A stretch of 64,000 bases of DNA from Thermodesulfobacteriota bacterium (lineage in GTDB: Bacteria; Desulfobacterota_D; UBA1144; Nemesobacterales; Nemesobacteraceae). The translations under genes were made by a program, and so were the position numbers. The stretch spans positions 123,660 through 187,659 of the forward strand of contig OZ241855.1 of NCBI GenBank assembly GCA_965202785.1. The letters run 5' to 3'. Under the pieces are notes generated by a model. That model worked only from the letters and a program-made list of their open reading frames with translations. It did not search any database and was not told the DNA's origin. This document shows positions 1 to 11,810 of this stretch, piece by piece; the stretch's first letter is position 1, and each line of letters begins with the position of its first letter.

Positions 1-838
1 TGCGATCACGGAACTCGGGCTCTCAGATCACGTGGAGCTTGAACTTAACTCAATAGGCAAGCCTGAAGAGCGCGACCGGTACAAAAAAGCCCTTACGGAC
101 TTTCTTTCCCCGAACAAGGACTCTCTTTGCGAGAACTGCCAGAACAGACTCGGCACGAATCCACTTCGGATACTTGACTGCAAAACCGGAACGTGCCGCG
201 AGATAACTTCCCAGATCCCCTTCTCGATCCAAGATTATCTCTCGGAGCAAAGCAGCGAGCATCTGAAAGCTCTTACATCCTCTCTTGAGGGAAAATCGAT
301 ACCCTACAGACTCAACCCCAGGATAGTGAGAGGACTTGATTACTACACAGACACCGTCTTCGAGGTAACGACGGACAAACTCGGTTCCCAGAACGCCGTG
401 GCCGCCGGAGGAAGATACGACCTTCTGGTGGAGCGGATGGGAGGACCGGAAACTCCCGCAGTGGGCTTTGCGATCGGGCTTGAGAGGATACTGCTTCTGC
501 TTGAAAAAACCGGGACGCGGAGAAATTCTCCGGGGAAAAAACAGCTCGTGTGCGTTATCCATATCGGTGATGAGGCCAGAGAGGAAGCGGCGAAAATAGC
601 CGAGGGCCTGAGGAAAAAGGGCATGCGGGTTGAGACCGAATACGAAAACAAAAGCTTAAAAAGCCAGATGAGAAAAGCGAACAGGACCGGGGCGGCGTAC
701 TCAGTAATTATCGGAGAGGACGAGCTTCGGAAAAAAGTCTTTTCGCTTCGCAACATGAGAACCGGAGAGGAAAAGTCGTTCCCCCTCGAAAAACTCGCCG
801 ACCTTGGGGGGCACGGCGATTTCCGGAAACTTCTCTGA
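1..838 (+). CDS. hisS: histidine--tRNA ligase, C-terminal part (5' end lies outside the window)
   Basis: The frame is open from the window edge. It contains the class II motif 3 region GGRYDLLVERMGG..PAVGFAIGLERI and a C-terminal anticodon-binding domain. Confidence 0.9.
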   Translation, partial: AITELGLSDHVELELNSIGKPEERDRYKKALTDFLSPNKDSLCENCQNRLGTNPLRILDCKTGTCREITSQIPFSIQDYLSEQSSEHLKALTSSLEGKSIPYRLNPRIVRGLDYYTDTVFEVTTDKLGSQNAVAAGGRYDLLVERMGGPETPAVGFAIGLERILLLLEKTGTRRNSPGKKQLVCVIHIGDEAREEAAKIAEGLRKKGMRVETEYENKSLKSQMRKANRTGAAYSVIIGEDELRKKVFSLRNMRTGEEKSFPLEKLADLGGHGDFRKLL

Positions 839-880
839 TTCGCCCGCGACGGCGAAATCCCGTTAACACACAAAGAGTCT

Positions 881-2113
881 ATGCTTAGAAACAAAATTTT
901 TTACGGATGGATCATAGTCATAGCGGGACACCTGCTCATAACGCTTGACGGGATGGTTCTCTACTCCTTCGGGATATTCCTCCCTTACCTCAACGAAGCT
1001 TTCGGTCTCTCCAACGCCGCCGGATCGTCATTTTTTTCCCTGAGATGCGTCTGCATGGCCTTTTCGTTCGTGTTCGCGGGAAGGCTTATAGACACCCACG
1101 ACGCGAGGTACCTCACCTTCTTTGGAGGACTTGTAGGAGCATTCGGCTTTCTTCTCTCCGCTTATGCCCAAACCACCTGGGAACTCTATCTGACCTACAG
1201 CGTAATGGTGGGAATAGGAGACGGATTTCTCTACATACTGCCCGTTACAATTATCAGCAGGTGGTTCGTTAAGAAAAGGGCGCTTGCCATAGGGATCGCC
1301 ACGGCGGGGGTCCCGGTAAGCGGGCTGGTGGTAAACCCGCTTACCACCTGGCTTATAGAATCATTCGGTTACGAGCGCGCCCTTGTTTATCTCTCCATAA
1401 TTTTTACCGTGATACTCTGTTCCGCGTTTCTGGTGAAAAGCCACCCAGAAGACATGAACCTAAAGGCGTACGGGGAGAACTCGGAAGATACGGCGGAACA
1501 GAAGGGGGCTTCCGACTGGAGTCCGAAGCAAGCGTTTTCACACTCAAGCTTCTGGCTTATGTACGCCGCCTTCTTCTTCGGGTTTAACACTTTTCTCATT
1601 ATTGTCGTTAACCTTTTTAACTTCTCGGTAGGGTCGGGAATAACGCCGCTTGTGGCGGCCGGGGCACCCGCATTCATAGGGGTCGGAAGCATTATCGGAC
1701 GGATTTTCTTCTCGGGAGTGGTAGCCAATATCCTGAAGGACGTGCGCATACTGTTTGTCTGCTATTTCCTCCAGGCATGTTCAATAATCCTGATTCTGCT
1801 GGTCGTGGAGGTATGGTCGCTTTACCTGTTCGGCTTTCTCTTCGGCCTTTTCTACAGCGGATGGGTACCGATGTTTCCGACTATACTGGGAAGATTCTAC
1901 GGACTTAAGTCGCTTGGAAGCATCTTTGGCGTTTTCGGCACCGGGTTCTCCCTGGCCGCGATCAGCGGTCCTCTCATCTCTGGATTCCTATTCGACATGA
2001 CCCAGAGCTACTACAACTCCCTTGTAGTGGCGATGGCGGCGTCTTTCATAACGGCCTTGTTAACGCTTCTTATAAAGACTCCAGTAAAAAAAACTGACAA
2101 AATCGCTACTTAG
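881..2113 (+). CDS. MFS transporter (oxalate/formate antiporter-like)
   Basis: 410 aa with about 12 hydrophobic helices and a central hydrophilic loop, which is typical MFS architecture. Confidence 0.75.
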   Translation: MLRNKIFYGWIIVIAGHLLITLDGMVLYSFGIFLPYLNEAFGLSNAAGSSFFSLRCVCMAFSFVFAGRLIDTHDARYLTFFGGLVGAFGFLLSAYAQTTWELYLTYSVMVGIGDGFLYILPVTIISRWFVKKRALAIGIATAGVPVSGLVVNPLTTWLIESFGYERALVYLSIIFTVILCSAFLVKSHPEDMNLKAYGENSEDTAEQKGASDWSPKQAFSHSSFWLMYAAFFFGFNTFLIIVVNLFNFSVGSGITPLVAAGAPAFIGVGSIIGRIFFSGVVANILKDVRILFVCYFLQACSIILILLVVEVWSLYLFGFLFGLFYSGWVPMFPTILGRFYGLKSLGSIFGVFGTGFSLAAISGPLISGFLFDMTQSYYNSLVVAMAASFITALLTLLIKTPVKKTDKIAT

Positions 2114-2155
2114 CCCCCAGGTTTTGGTTATATTAGAAAGTGGGAGAAAAAAACC

Positions 2156-2344
2156 ATGTTCGGACTTGGCACGGCTGAATTACTGATAATACTTTTTATC
2201 GCCCTTGTAGTTCTTGGGCCCAAGGAACTCCCAAAAGTCGCAAGAACTCTCGGCAGGGGAATAAGAGAGCTCCAAAGAGCCAAGGATGATATAAAAAAGA
2301 ACATAGAATTTGAAGACGATTTTGACGAGAAGACCAAGTCCTAG
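2156..2344 (+). CDS. tatA: twin-arginine translocase subunit TatA/E
   Basis: 62 aa. N-terminal MFGLGTAELLIILFIALVVLGPKELPKVAR is the TatA TM helix plus hinge plus amphipathic helix signature. Confidence 0.85.
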   Translation: MFGLGTAELLIILFIALVVLGPKELPKVARTLGRGIRELQRAKDDIKKNIEFEDDFDEKTKS

Positions 2345-2371
2345 GCTTCCCAAAAGAGCGGAAATCCTTAC

Positions 2372-2399
2372 TTGTCAAAAGCACTTTCTCAGATAGTAT
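2372..2399 (+). promoter_or_regulatory. putative sigma70-type promoter upstream of nuoG (TTGTCA, 16-nt spacer, TAGTAT)
   Basis: Hexamers were read directly from the sequence, about 35 nt upstream of the nuoG start. The -10 match is weak. Confidence 0.3.
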
Positions 2400-2432
2400 T
2401 TACGCTAATCGTTTTTCCCTTGAGTCCTCTCT

Positions 2433-4040
2433 ATGCCCAAGATAACCATCGACGGAATTGAACTTGATGTGGACGACGGACTGAACGTCATCCAGGCCGC
2501 CGCGGTGGCCGGGATAGAGATCCCGCACTTCTGCTATCACCCTTCGCTGAGCGTGGTCGCCCAGTGCAGGCAATGCCTCGTGGAAGTGGAAGGCGTTCCC
2601 AAGGTGCTCCCCGCGTGCAACACGACCGTAAGAGAGGGCCTCGTGGTCAAGACGGACACCGAAAAAGCTTTTGAGGCCAGGAAGGCGGCCGTTGAATTCA
2701 CGCTGATAAACCACCCGCTTGACTGTCCAATATGCGACAAGGGCGGAGAATGCCCGCTCCAGATGACCACTTTCGATCACGGTCCCGGTTACAGCAGGGT
2801 CGGCGGTCCCGAGAACAAGAAGGTAAGGCAGAAAAGCTACCTGAGCGACCGCATAATGTACGACGCCAACAGGTGCATCATGTGCACCAGATGCGTGCGT
2901 TTCACGGATGAGGTAACAAAAACCCACGAGCTTGGAACCACAGGAAGAGGATTTCGGAAGAAGATCTCCGTCTTCCCCGGCAAGACGCTTGATAATGAGC
3001 TTGCCGGAAACGTGATTGACATCTGCCCGGTCGGTGCCCTGCTCCCCAAAGACACGCTTCACGAGGAGAGGGTCTGGTACATGAAATTCACAGACTCCGT
3101 GTGTTCTCTCTGCAGCACCGGGTGCAACATTACCGTGGGCGTCGATCCGAGAAAAGGAGAGGTCTCCCGCATACGCCCGAGAATAAACGAGGAAGTTAAC
3201 GGACACTGGATATGCGACAGGGGAAGGTTCGACTACAAGGAGGTCCAGGAGTCGACCAGACTTAAGGACCCCATAATGAAAAGCGATAAGGACTACGAGA
3301 TAGCCTCCTGGGAGAACGCAATTAACAGCGTCGGGGCCAGGCTCTCGGGAATAAAGTCGGGCGACGCGGGTGCCTGCGCGATTGCGGTATCGGCCAGGCT
3401 TACAAACGAGGAGATGTTTCTCGCAGCGAAGCTCTCGTCCACCCTTGGGGACTGCCCGGCAATCTGCGCCACGGGAACCGGGAAAATAGAGAAGAAATTC
3501 GACCTTGTAAGCAACGACCCTTATCCCAACAGCGCCGGAGCCAGGAATCTCATGACACAGGCAAACGGAAACGATATGAAAGCTACGGTGGACTCGCTGC
3601 TTGCCGGCAGAATCAATACACTGGTGGTTATCGAAGCCGACCTGTTCGAGATGGTTTCGGGCCACGAGAAATACGCACTTTCGAGGGCGCTTGAGAAAAT
3701 CAGCTTCCTTGCGGTTATCGACTACAGGCTAACCGAGACCGCGAGATACGCTCACGTAATACTTCCAGCGGCAAGTCCCTATGAAAAGAACGGGACTTTC
3801 ACGAATGACGCCGGACGGGTTCAGAGAATAAGAAAGGCCATCCCTCCTCCCGGGAATGCTAAGTCCGCATGCGAAATACTGTGCATGATCGGGGAGCGGC
3901 TCGACAAGGCCCTGTTCAGCTACGGCTCCGCGTCGGAAGTGATGGATGACATAAGCCTCAAGATCCCCGGATACGGGGGGATCAGCTACGACAGGATAGG
4001 TACCGTCGGGAAAGTTCTTGAACACGGCGCGGGCAGATGA
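2433..4040 (+). CDS. nuoG: NADH-quinone oxidoreductase subunit G, short form (535 aa)
   Basis: It has an N-terminal 2Fe-2S ferredoxin-like fold (CYHP...CRQCLVEV). It also has the HPLDCPICDKGGECPLQ and CIMCTRCVRF...ICPVGAL 4Fe-4S motifs and a CSLCSTGCN cluster motif. Confidence 0.85.
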   Translation: MPKITIDGIELDVDDGLNVIQAAAVAGIEIPHFCYHPSLSVVAQCRQCLVEVEGVPKVLPACNTTVREGLVVKTDTEKAFEARKAAVEFTLINHPLDCPICDKGGECPLQMTTFDHGPGYSRVGGPENKKVRQKSYLSDRIMYDANRCIMCTRCVRFTDEVTKTHELGTTGRGFRKKISVFPGKTLDNELAGNVIDICPVGALLPKDTLHEERVWYMKFTDSVCSLCSTGCNITVGVDPRKGEVSRIRPRINEEVNGHWICDRGRFDYKEVQESTRLKDPIMKSDKDYEIASWENAINSVGARLSGIKSGDAGACAIAVSARLTNEEMFLAAKLSSTLGDCPAICATGTGKIEKKFDLVSNDPYPNSAGARNLMTQANGNDMKATVDSLLAGRINTLVVIEADLFEMVSGHEKYALSRALEKISFLAVIDYRLTETARYAHVILPAASPYEKNGTFTNDAGRVQRIRKAIPPPGNAKSACEILCMIGERLDKALFSYGSASEVMDDISLKIPGYGGISYDRIGTVGKVLEHGAGR

Positions 4041-5086
4041 CTCCACTTCTGATATCAATAGCTGTCGCAAAGATAGCGCTTGTCTTTTTCGTCGTTCTGA
4101 CGGTTGTCGCCTATCTCACCTTCGCGGAAAGAAGGTTAAGCGCCTTCATACAGGATCGCTACGGACCGAACAGGGTCGGGCCCTCGGGGCTGCTTCAGCC
4201 TCTTGCAGACGGCATAAAGTTTATCTTCAAAGAAGACATCATTCCCCCGAAGGCGAACAAGACCATGTATGTAATGGCCCCGGCGTTCGCGCTTGTCACG
4301 GCCCTTGCGGCCCTCGCCGTGATTCCCATAGGAAAGGGGGTTCACACGGATCTCTTCGGATTTCTCCAGGATCCCGTATTCATAAGGTTCCAGATAGCCG
4401 ACATAAACGTCGGCCTTCTCTACGTGCTCGGAATAAGTTCGCTCAGCGTATACGGCGTGGTGCTCGGCGGGTGGGGTTCTAACAGCAAGTACTCGCTTCT
4501 GGGAGGCCTTCGGGCCGCGGCACAGATGATAAGCTACGAACTCGCCCTTGGCCTCTCCATACTGGGGGTGATCGCCATAACGGGCTCTCTTCGCTTGGGG
4601 GACATAATCGAAGCGCAGGAGAAGATGTGGTTCTTAATCCCGTCCTTTATAGGCTTTGTGGTTTTCGTAGTTTCCGCGTTTGCCGAGACTAACAGGCTTC
4701 CGTTTGACATGCCGGAAGCCGAGCCCGAGATAGTCGCCGGCTATCACACCGAATACAGCAGCATGAAATTTGCAATGTTTTTCATGGCTGAATATACTCA
4801 TATGATAGTTGCTTCGTGCATGATAACTTGTTTGTTTTTGGGTGGTTGGTATCCCTTACCGTTTGGGGGCTGGTTCGGCATCGATATCAACACGCATTGG
4901 TATCTGCCGCCAGCTGTGTTTATCGGCAAAGTCCTTTTCTTACTCTTCCTGTTTATCTGGGTAAGATGGACTTTGCCAAGGTTCAGGTACGATCAGGTAA
5001 TGAGCCTCGGCTGGAAGAGGCTTTTCCCCCTGGCAGTAGCTAATCTTCTCCTTGTAAGTTTTCTTATAATTCTTGGAATCCTTTAG
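4037..5086 (+). CDS. nuoH: NADH-quinone oxidoreductase subunit H
   Basis: 4-bp overlap with nuoG. Polytopic membrane protein with the NuoH/ND1 signatures AERRLSAFIQDRYGPNRVGP and ETNRLPFDMPEAEPEIVAGYHTEYS. Confidence 0.9.
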   Translation: MTPLLISIAVAKIALVFFVVLTVVAYLTFAERRLSAFIQDRYGPNRVGPSGLLQPLADGIKFIFKEDIIPPKANKTMYVMAPAFALVTALAALAVIPIGKGVHTDLFGFLQDPVFIRFQIADINVGLLYVLGISSLSVYGVVLGGWGSNSKYSLLGGLRAAAQMISYELALGLSILGVIAITGSLRLGDIIEAQEKMWFLIPSFIGFVVFVVSAFAETNRLPFDMPEAEPEIVAGYHTEYSSMKFAMFFMAEYTHMIVASCMITCLFLGGWYPLPFGGWFGIDINTHWYLPPAVFIGKVLFLLFLFIWVRWTLPRFRYDQVMSLGWKRLFPLAVANLLLVSFLIILGIL

Positions 5087-5101
5087 TATATAATTGCGTT
5101 T

Positions 5102-6034
5102 ATGAGGGATTTACACCTCGAGCATGACAGTTCCATACGAATGGCGGCGTTTGACCATGTCAAAAAGCTGAGCGCAATCTATACCCATATACCAGCAGAA
5201 GAAATCTCAAAGGGTTTTATGTTTAAAAGAGAGAAAATCTCACTTGTAAACCCACGCGGTATATTCAAACCTAAAGAGATGAAATCTCTTCTCTCAATCA
5301 GAACAAGATTTCTAAAAAAAGGCCACAAACCCCTGTACGAAGACCAAATAGACGTTCACAGGAAAATTTTTGAAGGCACAGAATACATAAATTACGACTT
5401 TATGAAAAAGGGTGGTCCTGAAGCCAAGGAGAACCAAATGCTTCGCGAAGCATTTGAAAACCAGACCCCCATAATCTATTTTCTTGGAATTGCTCCTGGT
5501 CAATATCAGGCAATAGCACCCGTTTTTATCGGGGGCTGGGACAAAAATGCCCAGAAGGTCAAGGTGTTCTTCGGCAAATCCAACCAGAAGGAAATGACTC
5601 CTCCAGAAACTTCGGAGGAAAGGCGTTACACACTACATACGGTGAAACAACGGGTTCATCAAGGACAGTTCCGCGAATCAATTCTCGCTGCCTACAAAGG
5701 ACGATGTGCCTTGTCCGGTATTCCCGAAAGACGCCTGCTTGATGCAGCCCACATAATCCCCGACGCGAACCCTGAACTCGGTCAGCCGGTAATATCAAAT
5801 GGCCTGCTGCTCTCCAAGATCCACCACGCGGCGTTTGATGGTCACCTGATAGGAATCGATCCTGACTATGGACTTCACGTCTCAAGGCGCCTACTCGATC
5901 AGGATGACGGTCCGACGCTTGAAGCGCTCAAACAGCTAAGGGGGAAGAAGCTAAGGCTTCCGAAACGGAGGCAGGATTATCCTGACAGGGACCGTTTGGC
6001 GTTGCGGTACGGAGAGTTCAAGGCCATGGAATAA
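5102..6034 (+). CDS. HNH endonuclease with an N-terminal SRA/PUA-like domain (COG3440-type predicted restriction endonuclease)
   Basis: C-terminal HNH motif: CALSGI..LLDAAHIIPD...NGLLLSKIHHAAFDGHLIGIDPDY. The gene is AT-richer than its neighbours. Confidence 0.75.
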   Translation: MRDLHLEHDSSIRMAAFDHVKKLSAIYTHIPAEEISKGFMFKREKISLVNPRGIFKPKEMKSLLSIRTRFLKKGHKPLYEDQIDVHRKIFEGTEYINYDFMKKGGPEAKENQMLREAFENQTPIIYFLGIAPGQYQAIAPVFIGGWDKNAQKVKVFFGKSNQKEMTPPETSEERRYTLHTVKQRVHQGQFRESILAAYKGRCALSGIPERRLLDAAHIIPDANPELGQPVISNGLLLSKIHHAAFDGHLIGIDPDYGLHVSRRLLDQDDGPTLEALKQLRGKKLRLPKRRQDYPDRDRLALRYGEFKAME

Positions 6035-6211
6035 CTCTTCGCTTCCTGAGGGGAATTCTGCAAAGCCATTGGACTAAGTCCCCAAATTTGGCTTCCAATT
6101 ACTTGCTGCCACTTGGTTTTCTGAGACAAAACAGATTTTGACCCGTCGTATTGTTGCAATGAAAGTGACAGATCGATTACACGCATTTCCCTTGGTACCA
6201 CCGGGGAATCC

Positions 6212-7384
6212 TTACACTTCCATCAGAAAAGACGCCATGTCCCGAAGACCGATGGCCTCGACATTTTTCGCGAGGGGATACCGGTCGGCACCCGCTGTGA
6301 CTACGAATGAGCATACGGGCCCTATATCTTCAATGGCGTTTCGGAAACCCCTTGACAAGGTAGCGGAGAGAGAGCGCTTGATTTCGATCGCTATCGGACC
6401 CCGGGTTCCCGGAAGCTCCAGCAGGAGGTCGATCTCCGCGCCCGCGGAAGTCCGGTAAAAGCTTGCCCTTGTCCCTTGCGGCGCGACAGACAGGAGATTT
6501 TCCACGACGAAGCCCTCCCAGCTCGGACCGACGACAGGATGGCCGGCAAGAGAGTTGTAATCCTCTATGCCGAGCAGGGCGTGTACAAGACCGCTGTCCC
6601 GCACATAGACTTTCGGCGACTTCACGAGACGTTTCCGCACGTTGGCGTGAAACGGCGGAAGGCGGCGCACCAGCAGAAGATCGGCCAGCAGGTCTATGTA
6701 TCCGCTTACAGTCGGAGCGCTGACCGAAAGACCGGAGGCAATCCTCGAGGCGTTAACCAAGGTTCCCTGGCCATGGGCCAGCATGGTCCAGAGCCGTTCA
6801 AGCGTCTGGGCCGGGATGCGCCACCCGAACTGCGAAACGTCGCGCTCAATATAGGTCCGGATAAAGTTGAGGCGGAAGGCAAGGCTGTTTTTGTTGTTCC
6901 GGGAGAGAAAACTGTCGGGAAAGCCACCGCGCACCCAGAGCGAGGTCACCAGATCGTCGTCGGGTGCCGCTTCATGCACGCTCAGGGGATTCAGTTCAAC
7001 ATGCTCAATCCGTCCCGCCAGACTCTCACCCGATTGTCTCAGCAGATCAACGGAGGCCGATCCGAGCACCAGAAAGCGGCCCGTGCGGTGACCCCGCCGT
7101 CTTCCCCGGTCAATCAGACCGCGCAACTCGGAAAAAAGCTCCGGAACGTGGTGAACCTCGTCCAGAATTACCAGACGGTCTTCGTAAGGCTTGAGAAACA
7201 ACGCGGGGTCAGCGAGCTTTTTGCGGTCCGCGCTGGCTTCAAGGTCGAGATAGAGCGCGTTCCTCTTTTTGCCAACCTCAAGCGCAAGAGTTGTCTTGCC
7301 GACCTGACGGGGACCGATCAGCGCTACTGCGGCCTGCCGACCGAGAGCCTCCTCCACCTGATGGTATGCGTGACGCTTTATCAT
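6212..7384 (-). CDS. AAA-family ATPase with C-terminal DUF4143-type domain (COG1373-like)
   Basis: Walker A GPRQVGKTT and Walker B LVILDEVH. The overall layout is that of the AAA_14/DUF4143 family. GC is higher than in the flanks. Confidence 0.8.
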   Translation of the reverse strand: MIKRHAYHQVEEALGRQAAVALIGPRQVGKTTLALEVGKKRNALYLDLEASADRKKLADPALFLKPYEDRLVILDEVHHVPELFSELRGLIDRGRRRGHRTGRFLVLGSASVDLLRQSGESLAGRIEHVELNPLSVHEAAPDDDLVTSLWVRGGFPDSFLSRNNKNSLAFRLNFIRTYIERDVSQFGWRIPAQTLERLWTMLAHGQGTLVNASRIASGLSVSAPTVSGYIDLLADLLLVRRLPPFHANVRKRLVKSPKVYVRDSGLVHALLGIEDYNSLAGHPVVGPSWEGFVVENLLSVAPQGTRASFYRTSAGAEIDLLLELPGTRGPIAIEIKRSLSATLSRGFRNAIEDIGPVCSFVVTAGADRYPLAKNVEAIGLRDMASFLMEV

Positions 7385-7451
7385 CCTTGCATTTTAAAAG
7401 ATAAACTTTAAATTTGCAAGGATAATTTGAAGCAGGACGGCTCCAAGAGCC

Positions 7452-10028
<2,577 letters not shown>

Positions 10029-10165
10029 TCAGAATTTCTCTCCAGAAGATGCCACTTATTGCATGAACAATACTTTTGAAGATAAGCTTACGCTTTTCTT
10101 AAATAGATTAAATATAGTAAAGATTTGATACTATCCAATATTTACCTATATTAAGATAGTAGCAA

Positions 10166-11044
10166 ATGGTAAGAGCATATCAGGTAAAACTTAGAGAGAA
10201 TCAAATTAAGACTGAAAAGAATCTAAAGAGATCCATGGTCGGAATTGAGCTGGTACGGCTTCTCGCTTCTGAAAACAACAGAATATTTACCATAGACCGG
10301 GCGCGGGAACTTGCTCCCAGCGCGGGTATAAAGGATTCCTACCTTTACGAATCTCTTTACCATCTCCGACGAAATGGCTGGATAACCCCCATTCGCAGGG
10401 GTCTGTACGCGCTGTCCGTTCCTGGGAGTTTTCCCGTGCACGAGTTTGAGATCGCAATGAATCTTGCAAGCCCTGCGGCGATTTCTCACTGGCTGGCCAT
10501 GAATCACCACGGCTTGACGGATCAGATACCTAGAACGATTTTCGTCCTGACAACCACGGGAAGCTCCTTCCCGCGTGTTCGAGGGATTAAAAGCAGAGGA
10601 AGGTCCTACAGGGGGTATAAGAGCGGGAATACTTCATACAGGTTTATTCAGGTGAAACCCGAGTATTTCTTCGGTACGGAAGAAATACTGATCGGAAACA
10701 CTCTGGTATCGATAACAGACCCCGAGCGTACACTTCTGGACGGCCTTTGCCGTCCTCAGTACTGCGGCGGCTTCGCCGAAGCGCTCCATGCCTTTAATGT
10801 CATAGGGGACAACCTCAACATGAAGCGAATAGTAAAGTATGCTCTTCGGCTGAATGTCGCGGTGGCAAAGCGCTTGGGGTGGATTCTGGAATACTGGGGC
10901 TATGATCTTTCCGAATTCAGCGAATTGTTGGAACTGCCTGTAAAAGGCTACCGCAAGCTTGACCCCTTGGGGCCGAGAAAGGGACCGTGCAACAGTCGCT
11001 GGATGATACAAGAGAACCTTCCCGGGAACGTTGACTCATGGTAA
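10166..11044 (+). CDS. AbiEi-like antitoxin / COG5340-type transcriptional regulator, with no cognate AbiEii toxin
   Basis: The N-terminal wHTH-like segment (IFTIDRARELA...LYHLRRNGWITPIRRGLYAL) is typical of the AbiEi_4 family. The true start may be the internal ATG at 10235. Confidence 0.6.
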   Translation: MVRAYQVKLRENQIKTEKNLKRSMVGIELVRLLASENNRIFTIDRARELAPSAGIKDSYLYESLYHLRRNGWITPIRRGLYALSVPGSFPVHEFEIAMNLASPAAISHWLAMNHHGLTDQIPRTIFVLTTTGSSFPRVRGIKSRGRSYRGYKSGNTSYRFIQVKPEYFFGTEEILIGNTLVSITDPERTLLDGLCRPQYCGGFAEALHAFNVIGDNLNMKRIVKYALRLNVAVAKRLGWILEYWGYDLSEFSELLELPVKGYRKLDPLGPRKGPCNSRWMIQENLPGNVDSW

Positions 11045-11071
11045 AATCAGCCGCAAAACACCGACCGCCAG

Positions 11072-11635
11072 TTAAGCCTGCGAAATCTTAGGATGAGTGA
11101 TGCCGGTCTGCTTCTGGTATTTCCCCTTCTTGTCCGCGTAGGATATCTGGCACTCCTCGTCACCTTCAAAAAAGAGCACCTGAGCGATTCCCTCGTTTGA
11201 ATAAATCTTTGCGGGAATGGGGGTTGTATTTGATATTTCAAGCGTCACGTATCCCTCCCACTCGGGCTCAAAGGGAGTGACGTTCACGATTATTCCGCAC
11301 CTTGCGTAAGTGGATTTGCCGACGCACACGGTGACCGTGCTCCTAGGTATCCTGAAATACTCAACGGTCTTTGCGAGCGCAAAGGAGTTTGGGGGAATTA
11401 TGCAGTAATCGTTCTCTATCTCCACAAAGGAGTTGGGATCGAAATTCTTCGGGTCAACAACTGCGCTGTGAAGGTTGGTAAATACCTTGAACTCGTTGCT
11501 TACCCTTATATCGTAGCCGTAAGAGGAAAGGCCGTACGATATAACGCCCTTGCTTACCTGACCTTCCACAAAAGGGTCTATCATCTTGTGCTCAAGCGCC
11601 ATTTTCCTTATCCAGTGATCAGGTTTGATTCCCAT
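11072..11635 (-). CDS. dcd: dCTP deaminase
   Basis: 187 aa. [16 protein letters not shown] and the [26 protein letters not shown] motifs are characteristic of Dcd. Confidence 0.9.
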   Translation of the reverse strand: MGIKPDHWIRKMALEHKMIDPFVEGQVSKGVISYGLSSYGYDIRVSNEFKVFTNLHSAVVDPKNFDPNSFVEIENDYCIIPPNSFALAKTVEYFRIPRSTVTVCVGKSTYARCGIIVNVTPFEPEWEGYVTLEISNTTPIPAKIYSNEGIAQVLFFEGDEECQISYADKKGKYQKQTGITHPKISQA

Positions 11636-11810
11636 TGATGTTCTCCTTTCTGTTTTCTCGAATCTCGTTTAATATCTGGCTCGTATTACTCTGATATATA
11701 AAGATATTTTAAACTCAAAAACGTTGTCTAATCCGGTGGTTTTCATGCACTAAAATGAAGCGATCCATAAGAAACGGCGCCTCGCATATGACCGGGACCC
11801 CGCAAAAAAA

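Noticed and set aside
2400-3665. 421-aa ORF on the minus strand
   Set aside because: It is entirely antisense to nuoG, which has unambiguous Fe-S cluster motifs. Its Arg/Gly/Val-rich composition is typical of a shadow ORF in GC-rich coding DNA.
6476-7411. 311-aa ORF on the plus strand
   Set aside because: It is antisense to the DUF4143 AAA ATPase, which has Walker A/B motifs. The plus-strand product is low-complexity and Arg/Pro-rich.
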